From Lingula anatina (Eukaryota > Animalia > Brachiopoda): a stretch of 64,000 nucleotides of DNA. The notes beneath the pieces are model-generated. The model was not told the DNA's origin. It ran no database searches and saw only the letters and a program-made list of their open reading frames with translations. How positions within the stretch are numbered: position 1 is the first letter of the stretch; each line of letters starts with the position of its first letter. The DNA lies in the NCBI GenBank assembly GCA_051362555.1, contig CM120641.1, forward strand, positions 13,950,001-14,014,000, given 5' to 3'. Below, piece after piece: positions 14,176 through 24,900 of this stretch. A program made the translations under genes and the position numbers.

Positions 14176-17100
14176 CTGAAAAATAACGCGCAAACAACTG
14201 TAGTCACATATAATTGTTTAAACAAATCCAAAATTCATTATTTTTACCATAAATCAGAAGTGGATTTTGAAGCAGTTTTTATGCAAATACAGTAACTTAA
14301 ATTCTTTTTACACCGCAAAATATTTAAAACATATTTACAAAAAAAAAGCGTCTCAAGTGCAGTCACATAAATTTTGTTTATTTGGAACGGAAAGGTCAAG
14401 TAATGGGTCAGGTTACTTAATTTTATGCACAATGAGTAATTTCAATGAAAATTATTTCTGTAGTCTTACCAGGCCGTCGTCTTCCTCCACTGCTAGCCAT
14501 CTGTCACAAATGAAGAAGTACTTGGCTCCAGTCTGTATGTCTGTCACCTGTATCCTGCTGAACGCCCAGCCTGGGCTTTTACCGGAGTTATCATGCCACA
14601 CTCTATAAAAAATAATAATAAAAAAAAACATCTTAGAAAAATGTAAAGAATAGACAAAATACATATATGTATATCTACCAAACTAAACACAGATGTTACA
14701 GTGCTATAATTAATGCACAATAAAATAAAGGAAGCATTAGGTAATCCGTGCTCGACTCCGTGCACGCAAAAGATTCTATATAAAAAAATAAGATCCCTCT
14801 CCCCAGTCCCCTCTCTGTGATAAAAGTCTCACCTAGCCAGTGACAGGGATCCTAGAGGGCGCGGACATGCCATCAAGAAGGAATCCACACCACCGCGCTC
14901 AAACACAGGTCGCTTAGGATCCCAGAACAGCCGTGGTTCAGTCTCATCCTCGTCTCCCGTGAAGACCATGCTGACCTGAGCCGTGGTGCCGCCCCCTTTC
15001 CGACTGCCAGTATACACTAGGATCTCGTACAGGTACTTATGGCGAGGATCGTTGTCTGGCAGTGGGGTGGTGCCAGCCTATAGGCATGGATAAATGCATG
15101 TACATGAACTGATTTGATGAAGTAATGCACAAGGCTAAACAAAGAAGGAAGAAACGAATGCTCGGACAACCGACCAACCAACACGATGAAACAGACAGGC
15201 GCACAGTTTAGATTTTGTGTGAGGTGTGTTTTTTTATCCAGGCAGTTTTTGGGAAATTTTAAGTTAAAATATAATATTTTGTAAATACGAATAAGCTAAC
15301 CTGTTACACAATGAAATACAAACTTACCTTCATCTCGTCAATTTTATCCGCTTTCCTTGCCCAGATACATAGAATGAAGTAGAGGCACGTAATGGCCACC
15401 ATGGTAGAGAATACAGCTGGGTTTTCATCAAGTTTATTAAAAGCGGAATCGGCAAAATTGATCGTATTCATGGGCACGACCATTCCTCCACCGAACGCTG
15501 TCAAGTGATTGCACAGACACTGGGTACTGTAGGGCGTGGTTAGCTCGCCCACCTGTTGGAGACATAGAACTGTATTAATACCGGGATATAAGGTGCAAAG
15601 ACGTCTATTTCAGGATACAGTCTTTCTGATGCGCCTAGCTCTAGTTTTACCCTAGCACAGGCCTTTTTTAATGAGACAATTTTGTCTCAGTAACCATTAA
15701 TAACTTTGCGTTTAGATTCAATGTACATGTTGTTCTCCCCTGTCTCCTTGTTAGGCTGGTTTATGTTCTCATACTTTATCTCCCTTATGATACCTTATGT
15801 TTTATGGAAATGTTTGTCCAGAATGGGCCTCCACAACGGTAAAAAGAAAATATATGCTTTTAAAATAATCAGAAAAATGCTGGCTCACCACTGTACAAAA
15901 ACCAAAATCAGGTATACGATGTTGTTTCGATAAAGCTCAACAGTCGTACAATTGCAGCAGTTAAGATGAGCGTAGGCGATAAACATCTATATTCCTACCT
16001 CACAACCATCGTAAGACCAGACTTCATTCTCTTCATCCCAGAAACTACACGACGAGGCGTAGGTCTGCAGAGCATAGCCAACAGGTGTGTACGTATCTAC
16101 TGCAGTGTCGGTGGAACCACCTGTAGCGTCCGCAGCTACAACAATGAAAAAAAAAAGCAAAATGCATGAATGATAGTGTAAATATTCAAACAAACGAAGT
16201 AAAAATATTTTTCTGAATTGTCTACGGTTCTTAAAATGGCAATAGTGTTCAAATAAACATTGTACAGGAAGTTGGCGTGAAACGAATAGGCCTCCTGAGA
16301 ATTTTACCTGGAGCCACAGTTACTGTGGTAGCATTTGTCCCGTTTGCACCCATTGCCTTAATCCCAATGTAGAACGTTGTTTTGGTGGTTCTGCAATGTA
16401 GTTAAGAATAAATTACTTCACATAGAACTAGACTGAACAGTAGGAAAAGGGTAAATGTGAAAATCCATTTTTTTCAATAAATTAAATGTATATACAATAA
16501 CTTTCAATCTCCCATGCTTACTTTAAAACATCTTCGAAAACAGTATCTTATGTTTGAAATCAAATGAAATATTTTGTGAGCAAACCTGTCACACACAAAA
16601 ACTATTACTGTCCAGACACCAATGATATATAAAGATTATTGCATGCCCATAATCTAATTTATCAAGCTAAGATTTTACCCGAGTCGCTTCCTACAGCTGC
16701 CTCTGTAAATAACATTACGTCATCCACTTAACCTTATGGCACTATTAGCCAATCGCGCCGCGGGTTTGAATCACGTGCGGAGGAAGACAGAGACCACGCA
16801 TCTTGTGCACATTCCTGAAGACACTCTTTGGCTTACAGCTCAGCCACACGGACAAATAAGACAAGCGCGTAAGTAGAAGTCAACACCAAATAACATCAAT
16901 ACCGATCAAGGGTAAGTTACTACCTTCGTTTATTCACTTTACGCTCTTTCACGAGCTTTACGTCGTCACACGGCGCTTATTAGCTACAACACGAATAACA
17001 TGAGTAGCACGAGTTTCGCTGGTTCATATGTATTTGTTTCCTGTTACACACCCTTGGTAATAGGTACAGCTAAGTACTTTTCTATTTCTTTAACGGTAAA

Positions 17101-20100
17101 CTTTGCTTAGGAAACAAAGAAAACGACCCGATTAGTTATAACTTCCGATAAAATGGCCAGTTTCTGTACGTTCTACGCATCGAAGCGAGTCAAAATGGCG
17201 GACTCCTAAATTGTTAGTTGATATCGACTAATTGACACAATAAGATTCTTATGGTTAGGTGTTACTCGTACAGACAGTTACGAATGAATTATGCGTTTAA
17301 TGGTAGTATATGCAATTCCCTATCTTCTCCTACCACCGTGAGTCGTGGGAAAACATCCACTTTTGTTCGGCTGCATCCTGTACCGGACAACATGGCGCCT
17401 CCGGATACGCTTACGTAATCATTAATTGCTTGCACATGCCGGGTGGTCAGATATATGCTTTGATGCCTCGACACCCTGGGAGAAGCAAAAATTTTATACA
17501 TCCAGATCTAGGATTATTAATAATAATAATAATTTATTCGAGCATTAAATATGACAGTTACATTTGTTAGCCCTCTATACTACAAATAGATGGATAAATA
17601 AATAGTTATACAGCACTATGGATTACTACTTATACAGTGTTTTAAGAATATTTATTACAGTGTATAATTATAACAATTGTAAAAAGTTCACTATTAACTA
17701 ATGTTAACTAACGTTGAGGGATCACATCTGCTCACCCCCCCCCCCTTTTTTTTATCTCTATATTGCTAGATTCTTAATACCATAAGCTTTATTAGGGGCT
17801 GGTAATGCCTTGCCTTTACCCTAATTTATTATGTTTCAGATAGTTGCATGCCTTTAAGTTTCCTTAATATGGAAATTATGATAACTGGTCGCAGTCTTAT
17901 TAGAGGATTAGAACAGGAAGCCCCTCCAAATCTCAACCCCCATCCAGGAGGGTTTAGTGTTCAATGGCTATGGAAAAAGTGGAGCCCGATTGGGCCATTT
18001 TCTGTCCAGTGATGACTTCCCAGAATGACCTCCTAGAACCTCCTTCAATTGGGTGGAAATTATGTGCGAGCCCCCCGCCCCCCCTTCGATGCGCAACAAA
18101 TTACAAGCAAGATAGTATCACTCAACCTATGCATTCAGGACTTAAATCCAGATGCTGTGATTTTCTGGGACAGCTCCTATTTCGATCTGCGCCCAGCTGC
18201 GGATATCTCCCAACGAAAGCTGACCAGGACAGTTATTACGAATGTGTCAGGCAACTGAATAAGACCTTACAGGGACAGGCTAAGGTCCACTTTCTTCGGC
18301 ATGTGGGTGCCACCGAACAATGGGAGAACAATCCGTCAAGAAGGGGTACACATGAATGAGTTAGGCACTCGTATGCTATGATGATCTTTCCGAGGCTACA
18401 GCATGTTGCCGCTTTTCTATTACTTAAACTGCATAAATACAGATCGGGCCAAAACGCATGGCCGCTTTAAGCCAAATGCAAACATGCTATAGCTTGATTT
18501 ATACTTGATTTATAGTTACATTCACATACGTTTACTTCATTTATAGTTACATTCATATACATTTACTTCGCCATTGATTTCTGCCAATGGGCCCATCATA
18601 AGGCCGCTTTCTCTTATTTGTACAAATGGATGTAGCACGTAGCCGCTTTACTCTAATTTACTGTATTTTGGGGCCACAACGCGTGGCCGCATTACACCAA
18701 ATCGCAAACACGCTATAGCTTGATTGATACTTGTTTTATAGTTACATTCACATACATTTACTTCGCCATTGATTTCTGCCAATGGGCCCATCACAAGGCC
18801 GCTTTCTCTTATTTGTACAAAAGGCTGTAGCACGTAGCCGCTTTACTCTAATTTACTGTATTTTGGGGCCACAACGCGTGGCCGCATTACACCAAATGCA
18901 AACACGCTATAGCTTGATTGATACTTGTTTTATAGTTACATTCACATACATTTACTTCGCCATTGATTTCTGCCAATGGGCCCATCACAAGGCCGCTTTC
19001 TCTTATTTGTACAAAAGGCTGTAGCACGTAGCCGCTTTACTCTTATTTACTGTATTTTGGGGCCACAATGCGTGGCTGCATTAAGCCAAATGCAAAAAAG
19101 GCTGTACAAAAGGCTGCAGCACGTAGCCGCTTTACTCTTACCTAAGCCAAGTGCAAAAAATGGCTGTACAAAAGACTGCAGCACGTAGTCGCTTTACTCT
19201 TACCTATGTTGCACCAACATAGTCTTGGGCCGCAATGCGTGGCCGCATTCAACCAGCTTAAAGGATGGCACAGCTACATGACATATGTAGACAATAGTTA
19301 TTATCTTGTTTGCTTACAATTGCTTATGCCTTAATTTTTTATACCTGGACATATACTTGTCCGCCTCTATCACATACTTGTGCACCTACAGCAAGTTAAC
19401 TTGCCAACATATTATACATTATTTGCAACTTTTTCAATAATGAATTAATATTACGATAACAAGCACTATACATTGCTACGGGTACCTTTAACTAGCAATT
19501 GGCCTAAAAATAGATTCTGCAATTTGTAAAACTGAATGGCTAGCATTCGCATACGCTGTTCCGTACATCTCATTGAACCAGATTATCAATTAATCATTTA
19601 TTTCTGTTAATACACTTCCTTATGCTTTCCTCTTTTGAGCTGGCAGGGCTCTTCTATCCCTCTCACCTCTGCCATATGGAGTCTATACTTCCTTTCTTCA
19701 TTTTAGAGAAGCAAATTCCAAGAACTAATATAGATTACCACGTCAACTCAAAATTGAGACAAAATTTGAGATGATGATTATATCAATTAAAAAGATCTCC
19801 TTCCCCCTGATGCAATCCCGAGCAATAATGATAAACCAGATGCTTACCTTCCCCTAGCCGGAAGTTATTAGGGAGGTCAATTTACTATGACTTTCTCCCC
19901 CGCCCCGAGTCAAATGACTTATCACCGCTATAATGATGCCAGGCATGGCAAAACTTTCACTGCAAATTATCTACAAAATTTTTTTCCTTCACAGGCCATA
20001 CCCCCCCCTTTCCATATACACTCACAGAGTCATATCCCTCTTCCCCAGCAAAGTGGTGAGCTGGAAAGCGCATAATGAAAAGTTCAGACTCAAAAGACCA

Positions 20101-21893
20101 GTGAGATGATAAAATGGGAAGAGGAGGACCCAGTAACTTATGGCCATTCTTTGGGCTCCATAAAAATAGAGTCTTTCGTCCCCAGTCACAAGAAACGTTC
20201 AAAAATTTTAACAGAGGCAATATTGTTCCTACTACAGGTGCAGATTCAAACACAAATGCCTACTTTGTGGCAGACCACCCCCTGCCGCTCAGCTCCCAGA
20301 AACCCCTCACCCTACCAAAGGAGAAACAACTTCCAATTTACAAGCTCCAAAACCCCCATTCTCAGACCCAAATTTAACAAAAGGCTAACATAATCCTATG
20401 CAAGTCATAATAACAATCAACGAATCCTCCTTTCCCATTGTCGACAATATTACGACACCTGTTAAGTATCAAATCTTAGAAAACTTACTTGCAGGCTATA
20501 ACCCCCACATTTCTTATTATCTGGTGGAAGGGTTTAAAAAAAAAAAAAAAAAAAAAATAAATTTGGCACAGAAATTGAAGCAGCACGTATTGTGAGCTAA
20601 TTCTCCACACCCCCACCCCCCATTCTTCGTCACGTCCCCAATTTATGTTGTCCCCAAAAAGACCCCAGGAAAGCTCTGTTTCATACATAATCTTTCCTCC
20701 CCGAAACACTACTCCGTCAACGATGGCATTAAGGACAAATCGGCAACGTTTCGTATGCCAATGCCTCTGATGCTATTCAACTGGCTAAATCCATAGGAAA
20801 AGATGCCTACCTGGCTAAAGCAAACATCCAGAACCATTTAGAATTCTCACATTACAAAGACTTTTGTTTCTAATGGGTTTCTCCTTAAAATCACAGTACT
20901 ATTTTGACAAAAAATTACCCATGGGCTTACGCTCTTGTTGTTAAAAATTCGAAAACCTTTAGTTCGGCCATAGAATGGATAGCTAAAAACAAGTGTCGGA
21001 TACCTGATATCCTATACTTGCTGGATGATTTCCTCATCCTGTCCCCAACCAAACAAGAATGTCTAAAACGTCTTGACCATTTCATAGATCTTTGTCAGCT
21101 GATAGGAGCACAATCAGACAAAAAAAAAAAAAAAAAAAAAAAATAATAATAATAATAATAATAATTCCCCAGCTATTGTAATATCCTTTGCCGGTATAGA
21201 ACTGGACACCTCACTGCAGGAGGCACGCTTGCCCCCTGGGAAAAATCAAAAACTACCTAGAACTAGTCCATATCCAAAAGGAAAATAGCACTGCATGATC
21301 TCCTATCGACCATCGGCCTTAAAGATTTTTGCTGCTTTATTATCCCGGTCGGGAGGGCCCCTTTTTAAGGCGGCTTATCAATCTCAATGTTGGGACAACC
21401 CAACCCCACTACAAAATCCGTCTCAACAATGAAGCCCGTGCGGACCTTTCTACGTGGCATATATTCCTCCTAACTTTAAATGGGCGTAGCTTTCTCTATA
21501 ATGATCATTGGTCTTTGTTCCCAGTAGCTTTCATTTTCACAGACTCATCCGGAGGTCTGCCCCCTTTTTTGTTTGGGAAGATTACTTGAAAAACAAAAAA
21601 GTAACCATTTTTTCAAACAATGAAGCCTTGATTTACATTCTAAACAATTGCACCTCGAAGGATCATTCCATTATGTTACTACTGAAAAAACTTATTCTAC
21701 ATTGTTTAAAGAACAAAAAATTTTTTGAGCCACCCACATACCCGGCGTGGACAATTGTGCTGCTAATGCCCTATCTCGGCCTAATTTACAGGCCTTCAGA
21801 AGACTGCAACCACTGGCAGATCCTCACCCTACGTCCAAACACCAGGAGAACTTACAACAAAATTGAACCTTTTTATTGAATTTATATCTATTA

Positions 21894-21932
<39 letters not shown>

Positions 21933-24900
21933 TGAGAACATTCCCTTCAGATCCAACAGCGACGACCCTATTTGTACATTATCTAAGTGAATGATACAAG
22001 CCATCATTTACCAGGACACACCTCCCTGCGTTAAGCTATAAATACAAGATGGCAAGCATCTCGGACTCAACATCTGCTTTCATAGTGAAACAAACAATTC
22101 GGGGCCCGGAGAAGAAAAACCCCTCATGCGACACAAGGTCCCCAGTTACTTTGTCAATCCTACTTATGTTGATACAGATCCTCACCGTCGGTATGCAGTC
22201 AGCCTACAAAGTACACTTAATGGCTGCCATGTTTACGCTTGCATTCTTTGGACTCTTAGGGATAAGTGAAGTTGTATCTAGTGAAACTGACCACCATCTT
22301 CAACTGGGCAATGTTAAGATGAATCAGTCTGAAGGTGCCATCACCTTATATCTCCCTTCTTATAAACATGCAGGTCAGAACTCAAATCACACGGTGATAA
22401 TTCGCAAGAGGATGCCTAAGGTATGTCCTGTGAGATGGGTCTCTGAATATGTATCCCTACGCCCTAGCACAAGCAATAGACAATAAATTCTTCGTTCACG
22501 CTGAAGGATCCCCAGTTCGCTCCCAGGATTTCATTAAATGCTTGGACAACGGTGTGAAGACAGCTAACCTCTCCCACCTGAATATTAAAAGCCATAGCTT
22601 TCGCATTGGCGGTGCTACGCTTGCAGCAAGTAGCAGCATGTCGGAAACTCGAATCAAACTCCTAAGCAGATGGAGATCCGATACATATATGAAATACCTC
22701 CGGTTTTAACTATTTTATGAATTTTATATTATTTAAGATTCTTAGCACTAGCGACTAGAAGTGTCTATTAATCAGTTCATATTTTCTTCCAATATGCTAT
22801 GGCACTAGCGACTGGAAGTGTCAATTAATCAGGTCACGTCTTCTTGCAATATGCTAAGACCAATAGCGGCTGGAAGTGCCACTTAACCAGATCATGTTTT
22901 CATTCAATATACTAAGCAGAGACCATACACAAAATCTGGGCACCAATATTTTATGCACATGACCATTGTATTCAACAATAGAATAATGTATATTATAGAA
23001 TGTCAGTATTAAGGATTAATTGTCACTTAACCGTTCTTGCCTTGGATTCACTAGTCCGGGAGCGTAGACAAACTGAGCATGAACAATCACTGTCATGCAG
23101 ATTGCTTACTAATTAGATGTGTAAATGCCAAAAAATCCTCCATGATCCTCGGTCCAGGGGTCTTGGTTCGTGGGGATTTTTAAGTTCTAGAAAATTACAT
23201 AGTTAGGATAGAGATTCAGTATTCATATTTGATAGATATATTCCCATCACCTTGATGGGTCAGCTTCCAAATGCCTCCATGGTCCTCGGTCCAGAGGTCT
23301 TAGACAGTGGAGATCTTTGAATTGTATAATTTATATAGTAATTCTGTATTCCATTTTGATAGACATTAAATCATATTTGTATTTTACAAGATACTCTCAG
23401 CCTGTTTCTTACAAGTTTTACACATTATACAAATTTTTGGGTGGGGCAGAAAACTTACCGAGCTTCACCATTCGGTTTTACGATAAGTTTTCTATGGCGG
23501 GAAGTAATCCCCACCTTTTATGATCTACAGAGTTAAGCTTTAAGCTTTGCGTAATCCAACATAATATTATGTAATTGGCAGCTCGCGAACCGCGATCCAT
23601 TACGTAGGAAGTGACTCCATTGCCCCATTACTTTATCCATTATCAACCATTAGATCATAAAATGAACAAAAATTTGATATATGAATATAAAGTCTTAGCT
23701 AATGATAAATAAAGATTATTGCATGCCCATAATCTAATTTATCAAGCTAAGATTTTACCCGAGTCGCTTCCTACAGCTGCCTCTGTAAATAACATTACGT
23801 CATCCACTTAACCTTATGGCACTATTAGCCAATCGCGCCGCGGGTTTGAATCACGTGCGGAGGAAGACAGAGACCACGCATCTTGTGCACATTCCTGAAG
23901 ACACTCTTTGGCTTACAGCTCAGCCACACGGACAAATAAGACAAGCGCGTAAGTAGAAGTCAACACCAAATAACATCAATACCGATCAAGGGTAAGTTAC
24001 TACCTTCGTTTATTCACTTTCCCACCCAACCCTGTCCCCCGTTTACATTCAACTCACATGCTTCTGTTTTCATTTCTCAACACTTACCTAGTATCAAAAT
24101 TTATGATACTCAATTTATTGGCGGGAAGTAATCCCCACCTTTTATGATCTACAGAGTTAAGCTTTAAGCTTTGCGTAATCCAACATAATATTATGTAATT
24201 GGCAGCTCGCGAACCGCGATCCATTACGTAGGAAGTGACTCCATTGCCCCATTACTTTATCCATTATCAACCATTAGATCATAAAATGAACAAAAATTTG
24301 ATATATGAATATAAAGTCTTAGCTAATGATAAAAGTAACGTAGTGTTGCATTTGTAAATGATCATATTACCTGTTTAGAAACGCGTTCGACATGAAGCAG
24401 ACACTAGGGTCCGGGAGACCATACTTATTCCTCGGATGAGTGGTGTCATTAACATCAAGATCGCTGAAATCCATGGGCAGGGTGCAATTAAAATCATGGA
24501 CTTCAACAGTTGGCAACCGCCCAATGCCTACAAATACCATGAAAGTGGTATTATCGAAACCGGCAAGCTCCTCCGTTGAGTTCGTCGCATTGAAGTCAAA
24601 CGTTGTGGTTTCCATGTCGAAAGTCGTGGTCTCTGGGAACTCGGTGGTGGTCAAGTCGTCAGTTGAGTTGCTGACGTTCTGTGGTGGCACCGGTGACCAG
24701 TCCCAAACCTTGATGCTAAGACCGATGTTTCCAGGAAGGATGATCTTATGTATCACCATCTTTTCATCCCAGGCTGTGGTGAAGTTGTGAACCTCTGTCA
24801 GTTGGACTTTGCTGGCATCTCGGTTGATGTAGATATTAAAGGGATCGTCCAAGTCTTGAACTTTCATTTCACCTCCTAAGTTTTAAAATACAAAATGTGC

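Larger units (their letters stand above)
16621..24333 (+). mobile_element. Ngaro-type (DIRS order) tyrosine-recombinase retrotransposon, 7.7 kb, split direct repeats A1-[ORFs]-B1-A2-B2, ORFs decayed; in polycystin intron 28
   Basis: A1 16621-16940 equals A2 23701-24020 (1 mismatch seen). B1 23495-23709 equals B2 24119-24333. Internal gag zinc finger, RT, RNase H and YR remnants. No conventional TSD, but a shared AATGATA core at both ends. Confidence 0.92.

Noticed and set aside
13691-14608. Plus-strand ORFs overlapping polycystin exons (also 24440, 34568, 37016-37967, 41840)
   Set aside because: Antisense or alternate-frame shadows of real coding exons with no recognisable motifs.
16755-16780. 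tRNA or SINE B-box (GGTTTGAATC)
   Set aside because: No cloverleaf or properly spaced A-box could be built.
18455-19250. CRISPR-like array, or coding repeats (ORFs 18782 and 18976)
   Set aside because: Units are contiguous with no unique spacers, the context is eukaryotic, and the ORFs are by-products of the repeat.
16621-24020. Conventional LTR retrotransposon with A1/A2 as LTRs
   Set aside because: No TG...CA ends, no TSD and no DDE integrase; the extra B1/B2 pair and tyrosine recombinase indicate the Ngaro/DIRS order.
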